A DNA stretch of 64,000 nt from Octopus vulgaris (taxonomy: Eukaryota): assembly GCA_951406725.2 (NCBI GenBank), contig OX597825.1, positions 22,258,001 to 22,322,000 of the forward strand. The letters are read 5' to 3'. Position 1 is the stretch's first letter, and every line of letters starts with the position of its first letter. This document shows positions 27,090 to 40,521 of the stretch, in pieces. The position numbers and the translations under genes were made by a program. The notes beneath the pieces are model-generated. The model made no database searches and was not told the DNA's origin. It saw only the letters and a list, made by a program, of their open reading frames with translations.

Positions 27090-27375
27090 GCGGCGAGCTG
27101 GCATGCTTATTAGCATGGCGGTTAGAATTCTTAGCGGCATTTCATCAGTCTTAATTTTATGATGCCGAGGTCGACTTTACCGTTTATCATTTCGAGGTCG
27201 ATGAAATAAGTACCAGTTGAGTTTTGGGGTCTATGTAATCGACTAGGTCTTCCCTGCAAAATTTCAGGCACCGTGTCTAAAGACGAAAGGTGTAATCAAT
27301 GTCCTTGGTGTTTACATTCTGAGTGCAAATATTGCCGGGATCAACTTTAACTTTCCTTCTGTCGCTGCTGATAAA
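27090..27375 (+). mobile_element. SINE family A, diverged
   Basis: gcggcgagctggca...gccgaggtcgacttt...gtcgatgaaataagtaccag. Confidence 0.75.
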
Positions 27376-30300
27376 TATAACTGCGCAAATAAAGATGTTA
27401 TTGCCCATTATCGTTACGGAAAAGAATGTATTTTAGCCGAAAGAATATAATGAATATCAATGAAATACAAAACGGCATAAAGTCAGATTTCATTCTGCTT
27501 GACTATAAATCTAAATACATACATATAAATAAACATCAAAAAGTATTAATCTAACATTATTTTGTTTACTCTAAAACCGACGCAAGTAGGGTATCTTCAA
27601 TAAATATTGTGTGATATTTAAATCTCATGTATATTTATGTCTGCTGTCTGGAAAAGGAAACGATTTTCTGAAAGCAGTAAATATATAATATTGTGATATC
27701 CGTCATAACATTTAAGGAATAATTTACACATTTGAACAAAAGTACCTGAAAAAGTGTATGAAAATGGAAATACGATATATATTTTCCTTGTAATTTAATC
27801 GTAATTGAAATTAATTATATTTATTCCTTATAAAATTATTCCTAAGATATACACAAATCACCATTCCAAATATCGTTCTCTGTATTAAAAGAAATGTTGT
27901 ATATGCTTTCGTGTTTATAGCTTGGATAGGATTTCAATTATTTGATTCTAATTTTTAAATGAGAAATTCTTTTTAAATTTTAATATATTGTGCCTACACT
28001 TCAAATATTAATTGTTATGCCACTTATTACTACATTTAAATTCACAGTCACTGCTGCAAAATATTGCAAATAAGGAAATGATATATCGATTTACTTCTAT
28101 TTTTGAAAATAAATATTTGCTTTAGTTTATATTTCTTATGGCATATGGAGGCAATTCCTTGTGCCCGACATCGCTGTGTAATGATTTATATTGCAGTACT
28201 AGTGCAATAAATAACTTCATATCCTCTCTTTACTGTATACTTTTGAATTTCGCTAGAAATGACCTGTACTTTATCATGCTACAATAAATAGCAGAAATAC
28301 AATTTATGTATCTAACTTCAGTTCAATTTTCTCTTTTCTAAAAATCTTTCAAATTCCACAATGTTAAACTTGGATAATTTACACTAAAGAAGAAGAACAG
28401 AGACAGGTACGTGGTATAATTTCAAGCCAAAGAGAGATGGAGACACCAGATATATAATTAGACCACCATGTATACGCTTCCAACGTAAACAAGAACGAAC
28501 GAACATTTCAAAATTAGATAAAGAAGGATGGAACCACATTGATTACAAATAAACAACAACTAAAAAGAATATACTCTTCAGTTTCCCTTCGCTATCATCA
28601 GGAGATTACATTGTCTCTTTCTTCTGTCACTAAAATAAGTAGCGAGCGGATTTTGAGTTCGATTCCACCCAAAATACCATTCCTCGTGTAGAGGCATCTG
28701 TCCAATCTGATTCATAATGATAAAACTGTGTAACACGCTTTTTTGTCCTTGTGTAGCAACTGTTATTTCCTTGCTTACCCCAGGAAAGAATGTAAACCGA
28801 CTAATATTCCCTTCAAAATTTGCTTTTGTTACATTTATTCAAACCCCAAATAATCCCTTTCAACATATATACTATGATGCTCCCCAATACTCCTGCTCAT
28901 GATTAGAGATGTACATACTGTATGTCACTGAGAGACATGCTCATGTTGTTAAGGTCAAGCCACTGACAAGCAAATCTGTGGTATCGAGCAGATTATTTGC
29001 TATAATGATATTTATTCTTCAGCAACTAAGCGCTAAATCTGTTATCAAAACAAGTCAGTTTGAAAACATTGATGTCAGGGTCACAAAAGCAAAGTTGGAA
29101 GATAATAGTAGTCATATGCTTTGATTTCTAGATAGAAACTAATAAGAAATAACACCTCTTGAACGAAGACAAAAAAAGAATTGGCTACACAGTGTAATAA
29201 TATTGAGAGTATTTTTTGTTATAGATCATCGAAAGCATGCTGTATTGCAGGGGTATATTCATTTTTGCTATTTGAATACCGTTTTCAATACGTTGGCAAC
29301 ATTCACAGCTTGGTGCTTGATATTCCACAGATATGCCACTCTATTCAAGATAATGAGACACAGTAATAGGAAAATGGAAAATCACCAGAATACTTGAAAA
29401 AATACGTTTGTGAAAGGCAATATTGCGGTTTATGATAGAAAAATAAGAACAGAAACTGACCTGGGCCTATGAAAATTGACCTCACCAAGAACGATCTGGT
29501 CAATGCAATTGGTTGAGGATTTGGTTTTATTTCTTTTATCATTTAGTCATAAATGGAGAAAATACGTCTCTAAAGGCCCCATTTTGACAAAGCCTAATTT
29601 GTTATATATTGAATGATAAAGAAATAGAGGCCGACAATGTTCCTGCTTTTCTCTATAATATTCACACATTCGGGGACTAAGGTGTTATGAATCATAAAAA
29701 TGGGAGCCTTACGTCAGCTCAGATTATTTGTGCTTGTCAAGGTCTTATTGTAATAACACGTGATAATCGTTTTATTTCACATGTATTTACCGTTGTCCTT
29801 CAACTCAAACTTTTAAATTTTAAATAAGCAAGTATTTTACTGTCAGCAACTTGCAGATCTTTGGACAACAGATTCATTCTTATTAATTCATAACATTTCC
29901 CTTGCTGCAAAGAAATTAAAACACAGTGTAAGAATCAAGTGACACATTATGTAATATATAGGTTTGACTATTATATATCAAAAGCCTTTAGCATAATTGT
30001 GAATATGGCAGCTGAAACTTAGTATAGGTGTGAGTTCAGCATTAATGTATACCAATGGTGCTAGAGTCTTATAGTAGTTAAAGAAGCAGAAGGGTGGCAG
30101 ACGGTATCTCACCGTTTTTCAGAACTCAGCCTAGCTTTTCTGCATACGAATTTCTCGAGAATTTCACGTTTGACTTATCAACCTAGGTGTATAGTACTGC
30201 TTATGAATTCGACTATTTATACGCGAGGTAGATTTATAGAATTCAGCAGGTATGATATATGTTAAATTCCGTTCATACAAAGGACGACATGAGAAATATA

Positions 30301-30709
30301 TCTTACTATGCAATATAATACTTATAACTCAATCTCCTGTATCGCTCCCCTGTATATCTATCTATCGATCAATTGATCGTTCTATCTACCTTACCTCGTT
30401 CTATCTACCTAACGTTCTTCTGTGCTTTGTTTTCGTTTGGTTTGTTGTATGTTTCCACTGCCCTGCTTTTGTTACCAAATTTGCCCCTCCGCAAATCCCA
30501 AATTTTATTTTGGTTCACGGCAACAACTGCCTTTCGAAGCCTCATATTGTCGTTAAAAGCTCGAAAATAGGAGTAGATGGACAGCCGACAACTGATGAAG
30601 GGTCATTTTTTATGTTACTTGTGTTGTTTTCCATTTGTTTCTCTTGTTGTTTGCATGCCCAAGTTTGTCTTTGTATTCCATGTGTTTACGTTTTATGACG
30701 TCTTGTACA

Positions 30710-30715
30710 CATATA

Positions 30716-30793
<78 letters not shown>

Positions 30794-30853
30794 TGTATAT
30801 GTATGCATGTATATATATGTATGTATATATGTATATATATATACATATATATT

Positions 30854-30912
<59 letters not shown>

Positions 30913-30920
30913 AGAGAGAG
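30710..30920. repeat. (TA)n/(TATG)n microsatellite
   Basis: Direct reading. Confidence 0.95.
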
Positions 30921-31852
30921 CCAGAGCGGGAGAGATGTACTGTCAAATCATGCAAATGAGGGCAAGTAAATATTATGGAGAAAAAAGTTAGTGATATAAA
31001 GATAACGATTTTTAAATAGATAGTAGCGGACCATTTTACATCTGCACAAAAAAATGAAAAGAAATTTCAGAATTATGATACGAAGATGTTTGAAGGCTTA
31101 GGCAATCAAACCATTCATAGTGAACCTAAACTATATAGGTCTATAGAAATATAGTTCTTCTACAGTGTCTCAGTTTTTAATCGGAGAATATGTGAAGCAA
31201 AAATGAAATCAAGAAACTGACCTATTCACCGTCATTTGTGTTTTACACAGCAGCATTGTATATTTATCGTTGCTTTGATTATAATCCAATATTTCGCATG
31301 TAACATTGACAAAACAGATGACCTGAATACGGTTAGTAGTTCAAATAATATATGTATGTATAGCGTGTGCGATAATATTGCGACGAATGCCACTCAAGAT
31401 TTATTACATTGTTAAGTTATTTGGATTTTCTTTGAAACTACTTATCAGTTACAGCTGAGCACTTTTTCCTAAGTTAACTTATTTTGGTTTGTTCGTATCT
31501 TACCAATATATTTGCTTTCATTCTATAGCCAAGTGATTTAACACATTAATTTAATGTATCTAAATTTAAAAAGAAAACATTGTAAAGGTGTAGAGATATA
31601 CACAAAGTTAGTGGTATTTGTGACAATATCAATGTGAATATATAATTTCTTTGAAAAAAATTGGTAAGAACCTATTTTATGATAGGTCTTCAAAAGTGGA
31701 ACTCGAAATAAATGAAGCTGTAAATAATAATATATTATAAAATAACCTTGGGATGGAAAATATCGAGGGCAATCCCTAGATAGGCAAGCAAATCTTCTGA
31801 AAACATTAAAGATTTCGAAAAGATTTCAAAAACAGCGACGATATTCCGTTCA

Positions 31853-32240
31853 CTATGTCTGTGGAAAGACCGTTCTTACGATACAAGGATGTTTGCAAAA
31901 GGGACATAAAGGCCTGCAACATCAATATTAGCAACTGGGAAGCAGTTGCCAGCAACCGTGGAGATTGGCGATGTACCGTAAAAAAGGGAACACGAAGGAG
32001 TGACAGAGGGAGAGAGAGGAGAAATGGAAAGACAAGAAAAGACGTCAACAAGAAACTATGACATTACAACCAGCCAAGCAAAGTCTTCACTACATTTCGG
32101 CGTCTGCCAGAGGGAGTGTTTGTCCTGGATAGGACTACACAGCCACAGCAGGATATGTATTAGGACATAAAATGTAAAAGCCGGACTAGATTATTTTATG
32201 CGCAACTCCATTGTCTCCCGAGACAAAAAGGATGCCAACA
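31853..32240 (+). mobile_element. RTE-clade LINE, 5'-truncated, with 10-bp TSD
   Basis: RYKDVCKRDIKACNINISNWEAVASNRGDWR and CLSWIGLHSHSRIC. TSD ATTCCGTTCA at 31843-31852 and 32241-32250. Confidence 0.9.
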
Positions 32241-32431
32241 ATTCCGTTCAGGAAATGAAAATGTGATGAATCCAATTAAGTATCACGTGAACTCAGGAAT
32301 AATATTTTTGTGTAACATTTGGTAACATGCTAAATAGATACACTGGCCGTTAGGTTGAATGCGAGCATGCAAGAGAGAGAGGATAAAAAGGTTGCAGATG
32401 ATTTAGGCATGAGATATTAATATATTTAAAT

Positions 32432-32731
32432 CACTGTGACCGACCAGGCTATCAGATGTTGCTACACATCGCTGGTCACAATGCGCCTCGCATTGTTTTT
32501 AGCCTTCAAATGACACCACCCCGCTGGCTAAGCGAGCAGGCCGACAGAAGAAAGAGTGAGAGAAAGTTGTGGCAAAAGAGTACAGCAGGGATCGCCACCA
32601 CCCCCTGCCGGAGCCTCGTGGAGCTTTAGGTGTTTTCGCTCAATAAACACTCACAGCACCCGGTCTGGGAATCGAAACCGCGATCCTACAACCGCGAGTC
32701 CGCTGCCCTAACCACTGGGCCATTGCGCCAC
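32432..32731 (-). mobile_element. SINE family C (tRNA-Arg-like head) with 12-bp TSD
   Basis: rc ggcgcaatggcccagtggttagggcagcggactcgcgg...ggtttcgattccc. TSD ATATATTTAAAT at 32420 and 32732. Confidence 0.9.
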
Positions 32732-32964
32732 ATATATTTAAATAGTTGCGAAAAATATATTGCAGAAGTAATACATCAATCAGCTCCCATAATTTTAAGA
32801 GAAATAATAAAGTGAAACAAATAGACAGCTAGGCTATAATGCCCAAGGTAATAAAAACTTGTCGCTTACCAGAAAATTCCTTTGTATTATTTGGGTAAGA
32901 CTGTAACTGAGATTTAATAGACGCTTTGGTGCGTCGGACATATATTTTTGTTGCTGAGCAACAT

Positions 32965-33112
32965 ACATTCGAACTCTTTCTATTGCTTGTTCATATAACG
33001 CCGAGGTCAACTTTGTGCTTCAACCATTCGGAATCGATAAATTAAAATGCTGGTCAAGTAACTGAGTTACTTCTCCCCCTAAAATTGCTGGGCTTGTACC
33101 AGGATTTGAAAA
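32965..33112 (+). mobile_element. SINE family A fragment
   Basis: gccgaggtcaactttg...aaaattgctgggcttgtacc. Confidence 0.6.
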
Positions 33113-33137
33113 CATTATTTGGGTAACATTATTTTAA

Positions 33138-33199
<62 letters not shown>

Positions 33200-33222
33200 T
33201 ATTATTATTATTATTACTATTA
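33138..33222. repeat. (ATT)n microsatellite
   Basis: Direct reading. Confidence 0.95.
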
Positions 33223-33223
33223 T

Positions 33224-34460
33224 ATGAAAACTCACAGCTTATTTTGCTGAGCATGATGGAAACTGTCGGCTGTCCACAGACAGTAGACTAAGGTGACACT
33301 TGTCTACTGGTCATGCTTCAAGAACCCTGCCAAAAATTCCTGCAGTTCCAAGCAATGCAGATTTTTGTAGGTGTTCTATCTTTGCATTTGTACCAATCTT
33401 TTTCAACCATGTTCATAGTTGAGTGCTGATATGTCCAAGTACACCAATTACTGTAGGTATCACGTGTACTCTCTTCATTGATCGCAACCTTCGTATTTCC
33501 CACTTCAAATCGTCAAAGCTGTTTATTTTTTTCTTCTTTCACATTGATCCTGTTGTCACCGGGGCATGTTATGTCAATTATCATTCATGTTCTTTCTTTT
33601 TTATTCACCACAAGAATGTCCGGTTTCTGATGTCTGGTCTGGTGATAGCACTTGATCATTGCATCTACAGGATTTTGGAATACTCTCTCTTTTACTCTTT
33701 TACTTGTTTCAGTCATTTGACTGCGGCCATGATGGAGCACCGCCTTTAATCGAGCAAATCGACCAGGGACTTATTCTATTGTAAGCCCAGTACTTATTCT
33801 ATCGGTCTCTTTTGCCGAACCGCTAAGTAACGGGGACATCAACACACCAGCATCGGTTGTCAAGCAATGCTAAGGGGACAAACACAGACGCACAAACACA
33901 CACACGCATATATATATATATACATATATACGACGGGCTTCTTTCAGTTTCCGTCTACCAAATCCACTCACAAGTCTTTGGTCGGCCCGAGACTATAGTA
34001 GAAGACACTTGCACAAGGTGCCACGCAGTGGGACTGAACCCGGAACCATGTGGTTGGTAAACAAGCTACTTACCAAATAGCCTCTCCTGCGCCTTTCATT
34101 TTCTGTGACTCTTTCTGGAGTTTTCTTATGCCGCGTCTTTGCTGTTTGTCGGTTGTGGTTTCCACAGAGCTCCCAATGGATCATTCTTGCCACATTGTCA
34201 TTGCATCGTTTGTATTCGCGTTGTGCCAATTTCAGGCATTCGCTAATGACGTGCCATACCATTTCACACTCTCTCACCACACAGTCTGCATTTGTCGCTA
34301 TCGGTAGTGCTGTCTATTCTGCACTTCATATAGTTGGTCCTTAACGCTTGTTCCTGAGCTGCATATGTGAGTGTTTCAGTCTCTATCTTCAGGTCTTTCC
34401 TCCTCCTCCATCGCCCACTGGACCTCTGTATATTTCTTGGCGTTCACATCTTTTGCAAAC
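33224..34460 (-). mobile_element. R4/Dong-like LINE 3' part (CCHC + RLE + 3' UTR) split by a SINE
   Basis: WHVISECLKLAQREYKRCNDNVARMIHWELC and HLQKSALLGTAGIFGRVLEA*. The 3' UTR runs into (TAA)n. Confidence 0.9.
33684..34093 (-). mobile_element. SINE family B nested in the Dong-like LINE
   Basis: Full-length copy from head to the (gagtaaaa) tail. Confidence 0.92.
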
Positions 34461-34482
34461 TGACCGTAATTTTTTTTTCCTT

Positions 34483-34793
34483 CAATGTTTTTACTTTTTT
34501 GTTTATTTCTTGTTTAAATTTTTCTTTAGTTACACAATCGTCATCATCATCATCATCATCATTATCATCTTCATCAGTAGTAGTAGTAGTAGTGGTGATG
34601 GTGGTGGTGGTGGTGGTGGTGGTGATGGTGGTGCTTCAATGTTTTTACTTTTTTGCTTATTTCTTGTTTAAATTTTTCTTTAGTTACACAATCGTCATCA
34701 ACATCATCATCATCATTATCATCATGATCAGTAGTAGTAGTAGTGGCGGTGGTGGTGGTGGTGGTGATGGTGGTGCTGGTGGTGGTGGTGCTG

Positions 34794-34825
<32 letters not shown>

Positions 34826-34882
34826 TGTAGTGTTGTTGTATTAGTAGTTGTTGTATTAATAGTTGTAGTTGTAGTAGTAGTT

Positions 34883-34932
<50 letters not shown>
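34483..34932. repeat. Duplicated unit containing (CAT)n-(AGT)n-(GGT)n, followed by (GTA)n
   Basis: caatgtttttacttttt...tagttacacaatcgtcatca starts at 34483 and again at about 34637. Confidence 0.9.
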
Positions 34933-34933
<1 letters not shown>

Positions 34934-35404
34934 AATTGGTTCGTGGTAGCTGTTATCTCTTTTCTGATTAACGCCACTAAATCAGGAAACATGTAATGCT
35001 TCTTAGAAAACATTTGCGTCAAAAGGATTGACAGTTACTACTGAGGTAATGCATAATCCATTAATATTAATTAAACAGATTAAGAAATATCAAATATCAA
35101 AATCATTTCTGAGGCTTAATCTCTTTATCCTACGTTATATTGTGATTTTGATTTCGTAATTATTAGATGATCATTGATAACAACCTTTAACTGAGGACGT
35201 CGCACCTTGCTCCCAAAGTAACATAAATTTCAACAGATACATATTAAATCTAATATCTAAATGGACAGTAATGACAATTAATCAATAACCTTCTCTTTCA
35301 AATATTAACAGAGTCTATGTGTATATGAATGTAAATAGCTAAATTCAGTACAACTGCAGCATGTGTGGGTACAGAGTTATTATTTCACAATGCAAGGCCG
35401 TAAA

Positions 35405-35720
35405 GTGGTGCGCTGGTCAAAATGCTTAGTCGCATTTCATCTGGCTTTACGTTCTGAGTTCAAATTTCGCCGAGTCAATTTTGCTTTTCATCGTTTCGGA
35501 ATTGATCAAATAAATACCAGTTGATCCATGGTGTCGATGTAATCTTGAGGCTCCTCACCCAGTTTCAGGCCTTCTCTCTGTAGTAGAAGTGATTATTTCG
35601 AAATGCAAAAAAGTTTGCGAGGCGTACAAAATGCTTCAATCCGGTTCTTTACGTACTCAGTTCAAATTCCACGGAATTCAAGTTTGCCTTTCAATTCTCC
35701 GAGATTGATACGATTAAGTA
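35405..35720 (+). mobile_element. SINE family A, diverged dimer
   Basis: tacgttctgagttcaaat-type B-box occurs twice. Confidence 0.65.
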
Positions 35721-35749
35721 TTAATCAGGTACTAACTTAAATAACTTAA

Positions 35750-36220
35750 ATTGGTTTCGGTCATTATCGGCCCAGACAATGACTAACTTAATAGCACCAC
35801 CTGGAAAATTCTTCTAATTAAATATTTCGAGAAACTATAGACCACTCGAGCAGAGAGCTATTGTTGTTGGCTGAGGCGTATCCAGCTGTAGATGGTTTAT
35901 CTGGTATTTCCTGGAAGGATTTGTCCAGGAACCGTTTGAAAGTTGTAGTGTATTTTCCTACTTTGAATTCTTTCGCGATAACATTGAAAAAAGGAGGATC
36001 ATTTGCAGTGAAGAAATTATGTCACAATGTTCTTATGTGATGTGATCTCGATCTTTTTAGGGGAAGCTTTGCACGGGGGCCCTTGTCTTGGATGAATTGT
36101 AAACATAATACCAATATCATTTAGATAATATTGGTGGAATATTTTCCACATGGTGCAAATAATGAATCGGTCACGGCGGCGTTGCAGAGAATAGCGTTTC
36201 AGCTGTTTAAGTAGAGCTTA
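35750..36220 (-). mobile_element. CR1-like LINE 3' fragment
   Basis: YSLQRRRDRFIICTMWKIF and FKRFLDKSFQEIPDKPSTAGYASANNNSSLLEW. Confidence 0.85.
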
Positions 36221-36542
36221 ATAATCAAGTCCCACCATGATATTTATTTATTTCATACACTGGCGAAAATAAATTTAAGACCGATGATAAAACTTCTATT
36301 TCTTACAAAATATTTTGTTATTAATAAAACTTCTATTTCTTACAAAATTTGCACTTCATAACGAAGTCATAACACAATGTTTTGAGAAATTTGAAAAGTT
36401 AACACGAAACCGGTAATTTCTTCAAAAACTATGTCACTGTATGAAAAAATGTTATAACATTCTTCTGACATAATGACTGAAATATATTTTTTAACCTTTT
36501 AAAACAAGCCTTCTGTAGTTTTTAACTTTTTTACTATTTTCT

Positions 36543-36555
36543 ATATATATATATA

Positions 36556-36602
<47 letters not shown>

Positions 36603-36667
36603 GTATAATATGTCGTAGTAATTTTTTATACTTTCCGATATTCGGGTTTGTTTACAAATATATGTAT

Positions 36668-36732
<65 letters not shown>

Positions 36733-36754
36733 ATAATTGCTATTATTACTATTA

Positions 36755-36789
<35 letters not shown>

Positions 36790-36842
36790 AGTAGTAGTAT
36801 AATTATTATTATTTTTATTATAGTTTTTTATTATCATCACCA

Positions 36843-36876
<34 letters not shown>

Positions 36877-36900
36877 CATTATTAATATTATTATTATTAT
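36543..36900. repeat. (TA)n, (CA)n and (ATT)n microsatellite cluster
   Basis: Direct reading. Confidence 0.9.
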
Positions 36901-36909
36901 TTTTACTTA

Positions 36910-37430
36910 CAGGGGGTTTACAGACACCTCAAGAGGAAGAGTGCATCAACGGAAAGCTGAGTTAATGGGAGAGACTAAAAGAGCTAACACTTTAGTCCCT
37001 GGGAGACGGGAGAGGTACGCAGTGATATAAGTGTGGAAGATACTGAATGGGTTGGCACCAAACTTTGGAATTGAGAACTATACCAGACCTCGAAATGGAC
37101 GTCACTGCACTGTTCAAAATGTCCCACTTTTCTCAACTAGGGCAAGGAGCATGTACTGCAAAAGCTTGGGATTCAAGAGCTCACAGCTATTTAACTCCTT
37201 GCCAAAACATCTCAGGGACCCCCATGGAGTGGGAATAGATGTTTTGAAGAAGCAACTTGACGTCTTACTATCCCAAATCCCAGATGAATCAATATCAAAG
37301 CAGGAAACTCAAAGGAGAGCACCGATATCGAACTCCCTCTTTCACCTGAAGCCAAACAGATAGAACTGGCCAATTAAAAGGGGATTTCAATGGCGGTACC
37401 TCAGCATGACCGCGGCCTCGAGGTTGAAGA
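36910..37430 (+). mobile_element. CR1-like LINE 3' fragment
   Basis: WKILNGLAPNFGI...QLFNSLPKHLRD...KKQLDVLLSQIPDE...SNSL followed by a 3' tail. Confidence 0.88.
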
Positions 37431-37439
37431 ATATAAAAA

Positions 37440-37451
37440 AATATATATGTG

Positions 37452-37494
<43 letters not shown>

Positions 37495-37735
37495 TTATAT
37501 ATATATATATGTGTGTATACATATATATACATATATATATGTATACATATGTATATATATATACATATATGTGTGTGTATACATACTATATAAATGTATG
37601 TATGTTTATGTATGTGTATATACATGTAGGTATATATGTATGTATATGTATATATGTATATGCATACATATATATATATATATTATATATATATGTATAT
37701 ATATGTATGTATATATATGTACATATATATATATG

Positions 37736-37766
<31 letters not shown>

Positions 37767-37802
37767 ACGTGTATATATATGTGATTGTGTGTGGGTATGT
37801 AT
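37440..37802. repeat. Degenerate TA/TG microsatellite
   Basis: Direct reading. Confidence 0.9.
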
Positions 37803-37950
37803 AGTATATAGCTGAAATTTACAGAAAAACAAAAGACAAAAACAGTTGTATGAACAACAAGCAGGTGTGTTAACTTGACACTCGTGTAAGTGAGGTAGCC
37901 TTTTACATTTCGAGCCCTCGCTTTTCAACAGAAAGGAATATGAGAGAATA
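37803..37950 (-). mobile_element. Short element with a decayed hammerhead-like core
   Basis: rc ttt-CTGTTGA-aaagc-gag-gctc-GAAA-tgta-aaa. Related pieces lie at 4375-4505 and 55715-55772. Confidence 0.45.
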
Positions 37951-38493
37951 AACTGATAAAACACTTAATTAGCCCCACGCCAACAGCCATAAATTAACAT
38001 CCCCTATCCAGCATCAACAAGTAAGGATTTGCTAATGTTACCAGCCGTCAAACATCGTGATAACTCACCATATTCGGCATCACCATAACAGCAAGCGACA
38101 AGCTTTATTTTTCGTCACAACAATCACATCACAGAATATCCAAAACACCTGCATTTTACATACGAGATCTTAACTGCATCTACTAGCAACAGTATAACGA
38201 GATAGCAACAGGCAGACAACTACATTGATTATTACTATAACCAGATAACCAAACTGTCGCAGCAGCACACACGCATGCATCTATATAACTGATAACCAGA
38301 TGGCAACAAGCAAATCGTGCATTTTCTTACAAATTTAATATGTGCATACATATAATACATATGTGTGTATACTTATATAATTATATGTAAATTCATGTTT
38401 GTATATATATATATGTACATATATGTGTGTGTGTGTGAGTATATATATATATATGTATATATATATATACATATATATACATATATGTATATG

Positions 38494-38538
<45 letters not shown>

Positions 38539-38589
38539 ATACATATATGTACATATATATATATAAACATAAATTTTCAAAGTCTAACC

Positions 38590-38775
38590 ACATGTGAATC
38601 AGAGGCGATTTTTTCCTCCGTCTTGGGCTTTCCCCTGTCTTCTGTTTCTGAAGATGAGCTTTGCTCGAAACGTAAAATCATCTTTTTTACATTCCCTGAG
38701 CGTCTGCTAATACTTTGCATGTACCACATCCTCACATTGTTGTTTTATTTCTTCTGTTTCTTCTTCGATTTGGGG
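38590..38775 (+). mobile_element. Short hammerhead-bearing element between (TA)n tracts
   Basis: TTT-CTGAAGA(38648)-T-GAGC-TTT-GCTC-GAAA-CG-TA(38674)-AAA. Homologous to 63690-63885 on the minus strand. Confidence 0.6.
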
Positions 38776-38784
38776 GATTTACTA

Positions 38785-38838
<54 letters not shown>

Positions 38839-39209
38839 GATCTTATATGAATTTTATCAGGTTTTTGAATGAATGTCGAAGAAATTATTATTCTTTTACG
38901 GGCTTAGTTCTCGGAGTACATATAAGCAACAAGCCCTAACTTGTACATCTTATGATGAAGAACACTTCTAGACAGAAAACATTGTATATTTACAGTAATT
39001 CTTCGCCGTATCTCAGTTCACATATCACGCTTTATTACGTCGATTCCTCGGTGGTGTTGTTGTGTAGTTATGATAAAATAATAATTTATACAAATTATAA
39101 AAATGATGTTAAAAAATAGGTACAGCACACTACTGTTTTTACTTCGAGGACGTCCCTCTATCGTGGGGCTTTTGGAACCTAAAACAGGTGATAGTCGAAT
39201 GATTACTGT

Positions 39210-39313
<104 letters not shown>

Positions 39314-40490
39314 TCAGTGGTTAGCCAATTTTTTTAAATGTTCATTGCATTGCTCTTGTGTATATTTATCGTAATATTTATGGTTGTTTGTTAAAGCTGT
39401 CACTTTGATTTTAGCAAGGGTTATTTTCACCCTATTTTTCTTTTAATTATTTTATATCGTACCTGTATAGGTAAATAGCCATCTCATTATTACTGTATAT
39501 AACGGTAATAATACCTCACTTCATATATGTGTGTGTGTTTGTGTGTGTCTGTGTGTGTGTGTGTGCGTGCTTAAATACATACATAATTTTATACATCGGT
39601 TTAAACAATAGGATTACTAAAGGAAGGCCAGAATTCAGGAGAAGCGAAAACCAAATGACCTCATGATATTCATTGAAGGATTTTATTTCAGATATTCTCA
39701 TTTCAAAAATTATCGGTTAATCGTTGAGAGGAAGTTGCTGTTGCGTTGGCGGAGGTTTGCGCGCTCTGAGTGCTCCTGTTATTATTATATTTTATCATTC
39801 TCGCTTGGGTTTTATCTCAAGGAACTCTCTCTGCTCCCGTTTTCGAATGCTAGTTCTACAGGAGTTCATTACATTCTATGCAGGACATTGAATAGATGAA
39901 AAAATGCGTAAATAAGAATTTCACTTCGTTCTTCGGTTTGCCACTTCTTTGGCTGATTTACGTATTATTAAATTAATAACAATTTTTCACCCTCATTTAT
40001 AAATTTATAAATTTAATTATGCGGCAGTAAATATCTTATTTGATGCAGCATACGTTTCCGACAAGTCTTAGCATGCTTTTCGCGGGGAATTTTGAGGCAT
40101 AACCAAAAATGCAATTGGTTAAACCGCACGTGTATTTGACGCTCTTGTTGGTCTGATAAATTGTATTTAAGACAAACCTCTGCTGATGATTTATAGATGT
40201 TTAAGTAAGTAAAATTACATATTACATTAGTAATGAAACAATTGTTCAGGGTCAATCTATATATTCGTTATGTTTCACTTTCCTTCCGTTAAATGTAATG
40301 TTATTTCTAGTTGGAAACATCATTTCTGTGGCTATACTATCGGAGCTATTTTTAGCACTAGAGCTATCCACATAGTGGTAACTCTCTAATAGTTTATGTA
40401 TAAATTTGTATTTTCTCCCTAGTTTTTTGTGCAAAGCCACTCGGTGTTAAATTAATGGTATTATTAAATTAATATCAATTTTTCACCCTC

Positions 40491-40521
<31 letters not shown>

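Noticed and set aside
30555-30605. GCTCGAAA...CTGATGAAGGG as a permuted hammerhead
   Set aside because: The stems cannot be paired convincingly. At most it is a decayed PLE-like remnant.
32655-32731. tRNA genes at SINE heads
   Set aside because: A and B boxes are present, but there is no closing acceptor stem and the sequence continues into SINE bodies with TSDs.
34367-35022. 209-aa Ser/Gly/Val-rich ORF
   Set aside because: It comes from trinucleotide repeats plus the antisense strand of a LINE.
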